Shown here one piece after another: positions 27,017-42,794 of a stretch of DNA of 64,000 nt; the stretch's first letter is position 1, and every line of letters begins with the position of its first letter. The DNA is taken from NCBI RefSeq assembly GCF_009914755.1, contig NC_060936.1. The stretch is one strand, 5' to 3'. The notes below the pieces were generated by a model. The model worked only from the letters and a program-made list of their open reading frames with translations. It did no database searches and had not been told where the DNA came from. Made by a program: the position numbers and the translations under genes. Source of the DNA: the human T2T-CHM13v2.0 reference genome, Homo sapiens.

Positions 27017-27894
27017 GTAAGTTGCTGCATCTTCCTGGGAGTGGCTTGTTTTGAGTCGATGAGGTTTTGACAATTCTACACTTGAAAAAAAGAAGGAATA
27101 GCTTCCTTCCCTGAGGAAGGGGGAGAGGAACCTAATGGGAGTTTAGTCATGAAAACATCTCCCCTAGTTTGACTATTTTGCGAGGTTGGAGGAACAAGAT
27201 TAAATCCTGAGTTTCATGCTCCATAGAATAGGTGACCTGGTAGACTGGAGAGATAACTGACCTGGTGGTCAGAACCAGACTTGGGTTCTAGTTCTGGATA
27301 TGAGCTAATTTACTGTGTGATGATAGGCAAATATCTTCCCCTCTCGGGGCCCTAGTTACCTCATCGGTCAAATAAGGAAGTTGCACTAGATCAGAGATTA
27401 CAAACTGGCAGACTCTGACTTGCAGAAGTGTATGTGTAGGTTTTTTTCTTTTTTTATATTTTGGGACTGATCATGTAAAAATTGGGAGATTTCACACGAA
27501 AGTCCAGATTTCTGACATGTCTTCAAAATATCAGAAGACCTGACAACACTGGACTACAATTTTGCCAACAGTTCAACAGAAGACAAGTAGCAGCTCATAT
27601 ATTTAGACTGGCAAGAGCTCTCCAGTTTTCCACTGTCCCCATCATTCCTTGTTGGTCTCTAATACCTGGCCTACTTTGGGCATTTCTGTTACCCACCCAT
27701 CCCAGTTGGTTTTCCTGGAACAGATGACCTCTAAGTTTCCTTAACTGTGAACTTCTGTCGATCTTATATTAGACGGTATTTTAGGATCAGTTTAAGAGTT
27801 TAAATTCTGGGTAGGACAGTTGAGGATACGGTTATTTTTGTAAAAAGAATAAATGTCAGGATGTAGTTGTTGTGGCTTGCCCAAAGAGAAAGGC

Positions 27895-28210
<316 letters not shown>

Positions 28211-28619
28211 TAGCAAAAATTTTTCCTTATTGGAGAGCAGTGTTTCCCTAAACTTGGTCATTTGAGCACCACTTTTACTATTTTTACCTTATCTATGAAA
28301 TAACATTATTGTTATTTTCTCTTAATTGGCTACTTATAAAATGTAAACACTCATTTAACAAGAACTTTTTAAATCACAAATGGATGTAAGTGGATAATTA
28401 GTTCATGCTTTCTATGAACAAAGGTAGCCATGAAGACAAATAATTAAAAAAAAGTTACTACATTCTAGCTATAAACTGTAGCCTCATAGAGGCTCTGAGC
28501 CTGAGACTTGCTTCCCACTTAAAAAGGCAACTAGCAAGTGAAAGACAAGTGTTAAAGTCATATGAGCACTTTCTCCTTGAAGTACATAAGGTTGGAAAGG
28601 AGATTGAAATGGGAATGCC

Positions 28620-31070
28620 TTTCTTATTATTTAATATCAACCTGTCATTTACTGTCTGATTAATTTTTGTTATAATTTCTATTAAATAATCCTTTCTCAT
28701 TTTCTTAAGTGTATTCTATAACTTTCTAAATACTTGGGTTGTATATTTACCTCTTTAATATAAAACTTCCCTCTTTTCTAATATTAGTAATTATAAATGT
28801 GATACCCAAAGTACCACATTCAAATGATCCCACAAGCTTCAACATATAGTATTTTCATTGTTTCTCATTTCTATGTATTTTAAAATTTCTCTTATGATTT
28901 CTACTTTACCCCAAGAGTGATTTGGAGGTATATTTAAAAATTTCTAGATGTTTGAGGATTCTTAATTTATTACTTTTTTTGTTATTAATCTCAAATTTAA
29001 TGGCATTTTGGTTGGAGAATATGACCTATATGATACTTAGTCTTTGAAATGTGTTAAGATTTGGCTTATAACCAGATCTTAGGATATGCTCAATGAGTAC
29101 ATAAGAAAAATGTGCATTCTATAATTATTGTTTGTAAGGTCACTCACATATCAAAATGAGATTATTAATTGTGTTTATAACTTTTTTTACATTTACTGCT
29201 TTTTATTCTGCTTGTATTATGTTGAAATCTCCTTCAATCACCATGGATCTGTCAATTTCCCCTTGTGGTTCTGTGAGATGGCTACAGGTTTGGAGTTGAT
29301 CTATGTTACTGAAAAATTGAACCTTTTATCATTATGTAATGTCTCTCTTTATCTCTAATAATGATTTTTTGTCCTAAACTCCCTTTTGTGATATTAAAAA
29401 ACAACATCAGCTTTCTTTAGTTTTTTTTTTATCATTTTATTTTTAATCTTTTAGTCCTCTTACGTTTCAGGTAAGCGAGTATAAAGGGTATTTTTAGCCA
29501 GATTTTGTTTCTTTTGTTGTTGTTTAATTCAGTGTGGTAATCTTTGTCTTTTAGGTGATGATTTTACCATTTACAGATACTGTAATTATCAGCAAACTCT
29601 TTCTGTAAAGGACCAAATAGTAAATATTTCAGGCTTTTCTGGCCATAAAGTCTCCATTGCAACTACTCCACTTTCACTGTTCTAGAGCAAAATCAGCCAT
29701 AGGCAATATGCACATAAGTGGGCATGGCATTTTTTTTTTTTTTTACATAAAAACAGGCGGCTGACTGTATTTGGCCTGTAGGCTATAGTTTGCCGATCCA
29801 TTACATAGTTTAACTTTTCTACTCTCTTGTTGTTTTTGTCTCTCTTTTTCTATGGTTCTTTTGTTTCTCTCCTTGTCTTTTATTTTTATTAATTGGTTAA
29901 TTGGGCTTGGGGGTTTACAAATTCCATTTTTCTCCTTATTGGTTTCAGTCATATGGTTCATTCCTATGATATCCATGGCTATCCTTAAAGTGTTACTATT
30001 CATAACTAATCATGTCTGGAGTTACTCACTGTCTCAACATCTTCCTCTAGACAACACAAGGTGATTAAAACACTCTTAACGACATCTTAATTCCGACCCT
30101 CCTTACCTACATACGACTCTTCTCTAGTATCTTAGTTTAATCCTTTATTTAACTCCATATATTAGACATTATTATTTTATACTGGCTTTTTTTTTTTAAT
30201 TTGCCTGTCTTCTAGTTTTTTGGTTCAATGTTCAAATCTTCCTGAATCTTGGTGCTTCTTGGGGCCACTTTACTTCTTCCTGAAGTACAGCTTTTCATTT
30301 GGTAAAATTCTGTTGGTAAGCTCTCTCAGACTGTGTGTATCTTAAAACATTGATTTATCCCTTGTTCTTGAAGGTTGCAGCATTCTAGGTGGACTTTGAA
30401 GGATTGGTTGTGCTTTCAAGTGTCTGTTAAGAGTCTTAAGCCAACAAATTGCCCTTCCTCTGTAGATGGTTTTTCCTTCCACGTAAGCCCTTCTTTTTGA
30501 TGTTCTGTAGTATGATGTGCTTAAGTGTGTATTTCTTATTGCTTTTTTCTACTTGGTGCGTGTTGTACTTCCTGAAACAGTGGATTCATGTTTTTCAGCA
30601 TGAAAATTCTAGAAATTTTCTAGTTCTAGAAAATTCTCAGCATTATCTCTTGAAATATTTTTCTTTCTTTGATTCTCCCTATTTTCCCTATCTGGAATCT
30701 GATTAGATAAATATTAGACCTCCATGTTGCTTATTCTCTCTCTCACTTTTTTCTTTGAGTTGGGGTCTTGCTCTGTCTGTTCTCTCCTTCGTATTTTATA
30801 TCTCTTTACCTCTGTGCTGTATTTTGGGTAATTTCTTCACATCTTTCATCCTGGCTATACTCTGTCTTAGAGCATATTAATTTGCCATTAAACCACCCAT
30901 TGCATTTTAGAATTTAGTAGTTACATATTTTATTTCTAAAAATTATTCATTCATTTTAATATCTTCTTCACCATTTTTAATCTCTTGCCTCTTGCTTGTT
31001 TTCAATCCAAATTTTATTTCTTAAATATTTCACATATAGTAACTTCACATTCTGTATCCAATAATTATAC
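28620..31070 (-). mobile_element. Highly decayed old L1 (L1M) body, antisense
   Basis: T-rich sequence with L1-like phrases (ggcattttggttggagaatatg, ttgaaatctcc...ggatctgtcaatttcccc, tcagcattatctcttgaaatattt). Confidence 0.55.
29589..29799. mobile_element. MER58A hAT DNA transposon
   Basis: cagcaaactctttctgtaaaggaccaaatagtaaatattt...ggcctgtaggctatagtttgccgatcc. Confidence 0.8.
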
Positions 31071-31188
31071 CTGAATCAGTGGCATGCTGGATATGTACCA
31101 TAAAATCTCATTAGAATGGATGTTAAATTTTCAGGATTTGTGAGCCAGTTAATAAACATGGCCATTATTAAAAATTAAGATATATATT

Positions 31189-31488
31189 AGCCAGGAACTG
31201 TGGCTCACACCTATAATCACAGCAATTTGGGAGGCCAAGGCAGGAGTATCACTTAAGGCCAGGAGTTCGAGACCAGCCTGGCCAACACAGTGAGACTCCA
31301 TCTCTGCAACAAATTAAAAAAATTAGCTGGATGTTGTGGTGCATGCCTGTGTTCTCAGCTACTCAGGACGCTGAAGCAGGAGAATTGCTTGAACCCAGGA
31401 GTTCAAGGTTGCAGTGAGCTATGATTATGCCACCGCACTCCAGCTTGGGTAACAGAGAGAGACCCTTTCTCTGAAATGAATAAATAAA
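31189..31488 (+). mobile_element. Alu (AluJ-like)
   Basis: Alu consensus; ggagttcaaggttgcagtgagctatgat. Confidence 0.92.
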
Positions 31489-31544
31489 GTTATATTTATA
31501 GTTAAATGATATTACACACAATGGTGATAAATACTCAAAGTTAA

Positions 31545-31803
<259 letters not shown>

Positions 31804-32339
31804 TGTTTTACTACATTTTGATATTCTCTGTTATTTATGTCTATTATGCCTGTAAGGTGGAAATACTATATAAAGGTATGCTGCTGTACATTTCTTCCCA
31901 GCTCTTCGTTTAGTCACATCATGTTGGCATTTGAAATCAGCCTCCATGGGGCTCTTTCCCCAGAGAGTCAGTTGTTAAACATTTACCAGCACACCACTGC
32001 CTGAAGCCTCTGACCATGTAGGTCTTTTATTTGTCTTTCTTGCAGATTTTCATTCATAATTACTTGCGCTTTGAATGCTCAGTCTGTGAGAATCCTAGGG
32101 ACCTACCTTGGGAACATTTTTCTTCAGAGATATTTACACTTGCTTCTGCCAGGAGTGAGATGTTCTGGTCATCCAGAAACACTTTAGCTCCCTTTGAGGG
32201 TGCTGGCTGCATGCGTGGGTCTCCAATTCAGCTTCTGCACCCTGTCAGGAGCTCCACGTCAGCCCCTGGAATGTAATGTTGGTATTTGCAGTGGTTTATT
32301 GCTCACAGCTCCCTGTTCTGGATTCAGTTTGCTGGATTC

Positions 32340-33660
<1,321 letters not shown>

Positions 33661-35197
33661 TATTTGTTTAGAAAGGGAGAGGGATCTTGGAGAATTTCCT
33701 TACTTTCTAGAAATCCCAGAGCTGCATTTTTTTTAAAGTTTGCTTTAATTTTTCTAGGATCTAATTTTATATTGGTGAAGGGTCTTTCTGAATATTTAGT
33801 CCACCCATATACTCCACAGCAAATGTCTCATGTCTGTTTACTACTTCTTCTATCTAATACCTCCTCCAGTTCTACAAGTTTTACAGTTTTGAAGACACTA
33901 TTGAACTCTGTTCGTTTCCTTTTTTCATAGGAAATTGCTAGTTTCCAAAGTCCTTTTCATGATGTCTTCTTGCAGCCAAACTTATTTTACAGAGAATATT
34001 TCCTCAGCCAAAAAGTGTGTCTCTGTAAGATAAACAGTTGCCTGAAGGGTGGATGGGGTAAAATATTTATTTTATTTAAGAAATGTCAGTTAATTAAAAT
34101 TCCATCCATCAGAGTTTACTTTAGTCGATATGAAGCCAAACAATTTGCCTTACAATTAAATTAAAATTATCCAAACAGTCTGGACGCCATTTCATTAAAG
34201 TGTTCCTCGGCTCCCATGAAACATCTTGGCATTCTGAATGCATCTGGCTGCTTGATTGCTGCTGCCTCTTCTTCAGATATTAAAATTATTTTCCAATAAA
34301 TGCTAATGGGTGAATTACAGTCATCACACATGCTATCTAGTCTGCTGCAGTGGTGGTGAACTAATGCAGACACTTATAATGTCTTTCTCCAGTAAATTAA
34401 CAAATCTAGTCATAATTAACTGCTGGCTAGCCAGATACGCTTCCTGCTTTTGTTATTTTCAAATGTCTTTCTCTCTCACCCTCCTTAAATTTAATGATCA
34501 TGTTTGAAACCAACAACAGGGGAATTTGAGAGAAATGAATGCGTTTTCTTCTTGCTTGGTTAGGGCAATGGTTCAGTTCTTCATGTTAAGAATACATGGG
34601 GAGAAATGCTGGTCTTTGACAGTTGATACTTCTATCTAGCATTTAAGTCTGCAAGCCAGAGAGTGCCAGACATGGAAGGAGGAAACTGAGGCACAAAGAG
34701 ATGATATGACCTGCTTTTGGTTGCTTGCCTCATAATCGGAGATGCTGGTCTCCGGTCTAGAGTGGAAGAACTTGCCTCCCCAAACTGGGGAACTACAAGG
34801 TCTACTGTTCAGGGCCGATTGCTCTACCTAGTATGGTCCTTGTCCCCCAGTGTTTGAAATAACAGAAAGCAAGAATGATGATGGCCATGAGATCATTCAG
34901 TGATTCCTTTTTAGTGCCCTTAAACCATTATTCAAATACATACACAATCAGCTCAGTTAATTAATAAGCCAAACTGGCTGGTCAATTTAATCAAAGATGT
35001 GAATTTCATAATGCTATGTTGAAGCAGCCTTGTGTTAGATATGCTGAAATAAGGTAATAATGGCTGAAACAAAATGGAAGTAGGTCATCATAATTCAAGC
35101 TACGTGAGTGTTGCATCCAGACAGTGTAGATATTGTTATGATTTCTTACCTAACTTTATTCATTTTTTCTTTCTCTCCTTTCTCTGCCTTCCTTCAG

Positions 35198-35209
35198 TGA
35201 TAAAGAACA
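35198..35209 (+). CDS. RPH3A: Rabphilin-3A 12-nt microexon TGATAAAGAACA (gives N-D-K-E-Q across the junctions)
   Basis: About 40-nt polypyrimidine tract, CCTAAC branch-like motif at 35149-35154, ccttcAG acceptor and CA|GTGAGT donor. AA|T GAT AAA GAA CA|G restores the ...QSNDKEQLQ... sequence. Confidence 0.93.
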
Positions 35210-36563
35210 GTGAGTATTTTATAACACTTATTTATTTATTTTTTACAAACTGTATTTTATCTCTTTCTCTGATCAAGGTGGCTTTCCCCTAAAGAGAGAT
35301 GGTTAAAAAAGGAACTAGCAAATTTTAAACATTTTTTTAAAAAGCTAAGTTAAAAAAAACACCCACACCCATCTTAGGAAAAAATATTTATAAAATTAAA
35401 AAAAAAACTCATACCAAACTTGATAAAAGGATGGAAGATATTTCTTAGCCCTCAATTCTTGTTAGTGATTTGTAGGATTTCAGCAAGTTTATTGGCCACT
35501 CAGTGCCCTTGTTTCTGCAGCATTTTGCTGGAGAACACTGTTCTGCGATAAGGAAAATGTTAACTCTAATAACTGCTACCATGAATAAAAGATGACGATG
35601 AACAGGGCAGGGCTCTGGATTGTTATGTGCTGTACATTTGGTCTTTGTTGCCTCATCAGAGGTCATCCTGATTTCCCAGCAAAACACCTTTGAAGCAGAG
35701 GCCCTATCTTTTCTCACAACTTTTGTGTTTTTAATTGGATTCATTTCCTAAATATGCATGACAGATTGGATGACGGGTCCAATAAATGAGCAACCAGACT
35801 GCAAAGCAGCCCCATCTTCAGTTGCGTGCACACATTCAGAAACTATGGAAAGTCATTTTTACCTCTCTCCCCGCAATCATGGGACTCTGGGACTCACGGT
35901 CCCTGTGGCCTGGGACACAGCCCTTCAACTCCTTGAGCCTTGGTTATCTTGTTTGTAAAATAGGCACAATAACCCTGCCCCTCCCTCCTCACTGGCTGGT
36001 GGTGGGATCGAATGAGATGTTTGCAGGAAAGCTTTATCAACTGTAAAGCTTAACCAAACAAAGTTAGATGAAGGTGTGAATTACAGCCTTGCCTTACCCT
36101 TATGTTTATATAGGACTCTTGCACAACTTTTTCAGCTTTTTTTTTGGAGAAAAATAACATTATCAGGCCCAGAATGCTCTAAAGATTTAGTTAACACAGC
36201 TAATACTTAGCCAGGAGACCCAGGAAAATTCTTCTCCCTGCCCTGTGCCTCAGTTTCTCCATCTGTCAGGTGAGAGCTTTGAACAAGCTGCCTTGTAAAG
36301 ACTATTTGAATGCTCTACAAGCTCTGTTTTTGGCTGGCAAGACCCTGGACAGGCAAGATCTGCTTTCTATGAAATCATGAATATATTATTCAGACATGCT
36401 GGAGAGAGATGCTGAGTCATTGTCAGATGACAAATATGAACATCACCAGAGAGAAGTTCATGACTCCAAAAGGTCTCAGGGTTCTTAGAGGCTTCATGAA
36501 TGCTGCAGGTTGAAAGGTAGCATGTTCATCCTCTTCCCCTCTGTCCTTCATCCCCAGGCTCCT

Positions 36564-36632
36564 CCCCTCCTTCCCTCCCTCCTTCCCCCCTCCCTCCCTC
36601 CTTTCCTCCCTCCCTTCCTCCCTCCCTTCCTC
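36564..36632. repeat. (CCCT/CCTT)n polypyrimidine tract
   Basis: Visible pure-pyrimidine tetramer-like repeat. Confidence 0.85.
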
Positions 36633-38411
36633 TATTAATAAACACTTACCCCAAGTACCTACTAAATACCAAGCACCATGCTAAGCACCAGGGACACAGT
36701 TAGCCAAGTATAAAGATATGTCTAGTGGAGTCTACAAACAAATAAAGGGCCAGTCACCAACAAATACACTCTAGTATGTGCAGAGCTATAATCATAGAAT
36801 CAGAGTGAACTGTGGAGCACAAAGACAGTCACCTAGCTCAGACCTGAGGGTGATGATGGAGAGCTTCCTGGAAGAAGTGATGTGTAAGCTGAGACCAGGA
36901 GAGGGAGGAGCACTACGTGGAGGAGACAGAGGAGTTCCCAGTGGGGGACACGGCATCTGCCAAGCCCAACTGTGAGAGAGAACATGGGATTTTATAAGAA
37001 CAGAATGGAATTCAGTCTGGCTAAAAAGATTAACAGGACCCCCAGGTCCCGTTGGCATTCTGAGGATGTGGGGGACCCACAGCATCCCTTCTGCACTCCC
37101 ATTAGTCTGGTTGGGGTAAATTTCATCCAAAGGGGCCTTTATACCAGCTGGGCATGGGCAAAAGGTTCTGTGGTGTGGCTGCCCCTCCTTTTCTTCAGGA
37201 TTCATTAAAATCCCATTCACTGTGCTATAAAGAGACTTCCTGCAGACACCTGCCCATGTTGGCATCCAAGGGGAAGGGAGGGGGAGAAGAAGAAAGAAAA
37301 GAAAAAGGATTAATTTTCTGCACACCTCTGCTGTTGAATGCTTCAGAGCCTTCATGCCCCGACAGCATTTCCATCATCCCACTCCTTTAGGGAGTTATAA
37401 TTTATTAATAGAGACATCTGGCGAGTATTTATTATGTGACTGTTGTGTGCATGCAATGAAGAATCAAGGTGGGAGGCAGGAAAGATATGGAAGGCTGTCC
37501 TTTGCCTTCCATTTTGCCCTGTTTGTATTTCAGGGGGAAACATCTATGAGGGCTTCTACCTGGAGTCTGGGCTAATTTCCTTTTGTCTCGGGGTCCACCA
37601 ATGCTGGCCTTGGTGGGTGGCTTCATTCTGACCCCTCATGGTGCACCAGAGCAGGTGCCTTCAGGTAGCAGATGAAGCACATTGAGAAGGCCGGGGCCGG
37701 TTTCTCAAGTCCTGGACCATCCTCTCTCCAGTCATGATTCTTGGCAATTCCCTTTCTCCTTGTGAGTCTCAGGCATCTGGGAAAATGAGCAGGTTACCAC
37801 AGTGGTCTTTAGACTTTTTCTTACCAGTGAAAGTCTTTCTTTGAATAATACTTTATTCAGAAGCTAAATCTTTGAGGCAGATAAGAGTGGAGCTGGATAA
37901 AGACCTTTAGTGGCTGAAAGCATTAAAAATATCATGGTAAACATTATACAACTGGAATTTAACATAATGCTAAACTGTAAAATAAGGGTAGGAAGTCTAA
38001 CAAGTTTCACTCTTTTTTTTCTTTTTTTTTGCCATGGTGAATAATGTATCAACTTTCGCTGTGTAACAAACCATCTTAAAACTCAGTGACTTAGAACAGT
38101 TACTTGTTCTCAGGGATCTGGGCTTGGTGAGTGGCTCTGTGGACTTTGGCTAGGCTCATTTATGCATCAAAGGGTTGGCTGATCTAAGATGCCAGTGGCT
38201 GGAATGATACATTCTTTTCCACATGCCTCACCTTCCAACAGGATATCCTGGGTTTTCTCATGGTGATGACAGGGTATAAGAGTAAACAGAAACACACAAG
38301 GCCTTTGGAGGCATTGCCTCTGGACTAGTGCAACATCACTCCCCTGCATTTTATTTCCCACAGCAAGTCCTAAGTCTTGGCTAGATTTAAGGAGTAGGAA
38401 AATAGACTCTA

Positions 38412-38740
<329 letters not shown>

Positions 38741-38879
38741 TCAATTTCAAATTCACATGGCATAGGGCATGGATACAGAGAAGAGTGAAATATTAGGGAC
38801 ATCCTTATAATAAACCATATTTCATGCTTTTACTAAAATATTAAATATTAATTTTTTCCCCAATGTTTGTCGCTTTTTT

Positions 38880-39178
38880 TCTTTCTAAATTTTTAAATTT
38901 TTTTGACATAAAATAGTTTACATATTTTTGGGGTACATGTGATATTTTGGTACCTATATACAATGTGGAATAATCAAATCAGGGTAATAGAAATACGCAT
39001 CACCTCAAACATTTATCATTTATTTGTGTTGAGAACATTTTAATTCTAATCTTCTAGTTATTTTGAAATATACAATAAAATATTGTTAATTGTAGTCATC
39101 CTATTCATTGTGCTACCAAATATTAGATCTTATTCCTTCTATCTATGAGTATTTTTGTACCCATTAACCATCCTGACT
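38880..39178 (-). mobile_element. L1MA 3' end (antisense)
   Basis: catatttttggggtacatgtgatatttt...aatcaaatcagggtaat...tagatcttattccttctatct. Confidence 0.8.
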
Positions 39179-39767
39179 TTATTCCTTCCTTCCCTGGAAA
39201 TGCAAATTCTCAAGCCCCACCGCAGACCTTCTGAACCCAAATTTCCGCAAAAGGCCCAGAAATCCGCATTCTGGCTGGCTCACCAAGTGGATCTTGGGCA
39301 TGCTAAAGTTTGAGAAGTGATGAACTCTATCACAGGCTGCCCCTCTGCACTGCCCAGAGGCTTGCATAGGTTCAGACCAGTACCCAGATGGGGTTTACAT
39401 TATCTTTTCCCAGTAAAGGCGTGTAGGTTCTACAGTGGGCAGTAAAATACCTTCTAAAATAATAATAGGTGTATTTCGGGTAGGGGCATACAACCAATTC
39501 CCCGCTTCCACCTCAAAGGCAGCTCTGAGCATTTCTTCCTGCAGCCAGGACATGGCACGTTGTTCTTTGCAGATTAGCCAGCGGTAGACAGGCCCTAGAG
39601 AGCCCCCAAGTTCTTCATCATCTGGTGGAAATGTGCTTGTTTCCATTCCCATTCACATCACACACACCATCAGCATTTTAAGCCAGTGATGGGCTGTTGG
39701 TGTCTCCATACTTTACATTCCCCTAATTAGACCAATCTACTGTGATCCTCAGAATGAAGCCCTGTTA

Positions 39768-39902
39768 AGCTTGGTGTGGTGATGCACACCTCTAGTCCCA
39801 GCTACTTGGAAGGCTGAGGTGGGAGGATTGCTTAAGCCCAGAAGCTTAAGCATGGGCAACATAACAAGACCTTGTTTCTTAAAAAAAAAAAAAAAAAAAA
39901 AA
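39768..39902 (+). mobile_element. Alu monomer (FLAM/FRAM-like)
   Basis: Single ~110-bp arm plus A tail. Confidence 0.8.
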
Positions 39903-42794
39903 GCCTCGTTGGAAAAAATATACAAACAAAAAAGATATTTGGAACCAACAGTCAAAGTTCCTGAGATTCATGCTTCCTCTAAACTCAAGAGCCACGGATA
40001 GTTAAGATGAGGGGGGCAGGGGGTCTGGAAGAGTTGACTATGGCCTGGGAGATAGAACGTGAGATTGGACCATCTGGCTGCCTTTTAGAAGGGCAGGATA
40101 GCATGGTGATTTGGAACGCAAGACATCCCTCCTGGAGTCGGCTTTGCTACTTCAAGCTGTGTGGCCTTAGGCAAGTGATTAACCTCTCTGAACCTTGGTA
40201 CACTCGAGAGGAGAATAATGTTTACATCATAAGATATTGCAAAAATTCAACAAGAGAGTAAATGTAAACCCTATGATACAAATATTATTAACTCCATTTG
40301 ACAGATGGATATTACAGTCCAGAGAGATAGAATACTTTCCCCAAAGTCACAGAGTGCCAGGGTTTGAATGCAGATTGATCTGAATCTAAAGCTTGAGTTT
40401 TTTTTGTTTTTTTGGTTTTTTTTTTTTTTCCATTGCATCCTAATATCTCAGTAGATTCTGGTCTGGGGTTAGTGTATCCAGATTGAGAAAGGAAATCTGG
40501 GAGCTGCAGGAAGGATTTGTCCAGGTTTCTGAAAGTTCATCTTCTCCAGCATTCATTCCTGCCACTTAAAGTCAGCTAGGTTAGTTGGTCTCTCTCTCCT
40601 TCTCTCTCTCTCTGTCCGTCTGTCTCTCTGTCTCTCTCTCCTGAATAGCTAAATCAACTAGGTTCATGTTTGTGCAGATAGGCAAGGAATTGATTTGGAC
40701 ACTGCTACTACCATGGCTTTGAGGTGTCAAAGAGTTTCCTGATTTCAAATGCCAGTCAGTGATCCAGGCTGTGCGTTTTGTTTCATTCCATTGGGTTCTT
40801 CCCACCCCTGGGTCAGTGACTCATTGTCTTCCCTACTCTTCCCTATCAAAACATTCTATTCATTCATTCTTTCTTCCATTCAGATTCAGTGCCCACTATA
40901 TGTGCAGTGCTATTAGGTAATTTTTCACTGAATTGCCACTGTGGCAAGGATTTGACACACAGTTTCATACCAAAAATATTTAATAATAAGAAAAAGAAAA
41001 CACAAGTTCAGCTTTTTGGAGCATTTACCAAGTCCTAGAATCTACACTAAACACTTTATATACATGGTCTAGTTGACCCTCATATGAGCTTGATGAGCTC
41101 ACTAATAAGTATTCCCTTTAACAGATGAGGAAACTAAGGCTCAGAGATGCTATGTAACCTGTTCCTAAGGTTGCACATCCAGGCAGGGCAGTGCCAGAAA
41201 AGGAATCAGAGCTATATGACCCCAAAGCCTACTCCTGCGTCCCCTCTCTTAGGTTACTGTATCTTCATAGCAGCCAGGGCTGTCATTGTAGGCAGCCACC
41301 AGGTCTGCTTAGGTTGAAGGGCTACTCTGCCAGCAGCTAGCTAATGAGTTACTGTGAAAATGCCGGTACTCGCCTGGAGAGGCCGTCTCACGAAATGTGG
41401 AGTACGTATCAGTTTGCTTGCAAAGTTCCTGGTGCAATTCATCCCTCACTAAAAAGTTAGGGCATCCTGGTAGATTAAGAGGATGGTCACAATAGCAAGG
41501 GCTGCTGTGTCCTGGGCATTTGGCATGCACTTTCACATTTAATCTTCCCAAGGGCCCTGTGATGCATGCCCTATTAACATTCTCAATTAACAGACCAGGA
41601 AACTGAGGTGCAGAGTAGAGCAGAGGCCCAGCACATACTGCCAAGAAGTGTCAGACCCAGGATTCCACTCATTAACTCTGCCAAGTCAACAAGGGCTCAA
41701 ATTGGCACATAGTAGGCCCTCTGGGTATTTTCTGGATTGGATACAATTCTCTAACTTGTCCAAGGGGAGCAATACTTTGGTCTCCGGCTTCGGTCTTTAA
41801 CAAGATCCCAAAACTGGACACAGAGCTGCCATCCTGTATCCAGAAGCCCTTGGCAAGGGTCTTATCCCAAGGACCGATTCTTGAGGCCCTCGTGCCCACA
41901 TCGCTCCTCGACTCAGGAAGACCTAAACAAGCCATTCTGTCCCCTGAGAGCAAAAGCTTTGGTCTGAAAAACTGATCTTGTTTCTGTCTGTTTGCTTCTG
42001 GAATTAAAACATGAAAATCCACAGGAGGCTTGCAGGTTCCCACTGAGACCAATCGGCGACATTTTCAAACACGATGAGCTGTTTGTCAACTATGTGTTCT
42101 GGAGCAGAGGATGGGGGAAGGGTTTGGAAAGGTGCCAGCAGCCTCCAGCAGGGCTGCTCATCTGCAGTCTGCAGATGGAGGCAATTATCCTAGGCGGGGC
42201 CTCTCGGAGACCCCCAGCTATGCTTATGTCTCTGGAGCCATGTGCGTTCAGATGCTTGCATTTCCTGTGCACAGTAACACCGGCAATGGTGTGGTGGTGG
42301 GGTGTGAGCCATTGACTTTAGGTCAGGCTGGCTCCTGACAAGATTGTAAGCTGCAGGAATGTGTCCTTGGAGGGTCTTCACTGGGAACTAAGCCTAGAAT
42401 CTCACATGTGTTCAGTTTTGGTCACTGAGCTGCTTTGTAATGGCAGGAAATAAATAAAGGGGGATCAGCAGAGAAATCCAGGAAGAGACGTGGCGGCAAA
42501 TAAGGGAGAATTAGGGGCAGGTGAAGTGTCCATTTCCATGAAAACTGGTGAGACTCGGGAGTGGCTGAATTCCATTATGACTGGGGCTCTTCGGGAAGGG
42601 TAGGTGATCTTCATTACACAGGAGTCCACTGTATCCTTTAAAAGTAATGGGAAGAAACAGCAGGCTGAGGGATATTGGCACACCAAATGGAAGATCTTCC
42701 CAACAGCATGGCACAGGCTCTGCATAAAGAGAGTGAGGCCTCCATCACAGGAGGCATTCAAGCAAGGATGGAAGGATATCTGTCAGGAATGCCA

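Noticed and set aside
36792-37355. 187-aa antisense ORF
   Set aside because: Overlaps an L2 remnant and low-complexity sequence; no protein-like features.
41672-42052. 126-aa minus-strand ORF, possible pseudogene
   Set aside because: No recognisable protein. Other frames show CVQFW and DKLE fragments suggestive of a decayed CR1/L3 LINE; not confirmable without a search.
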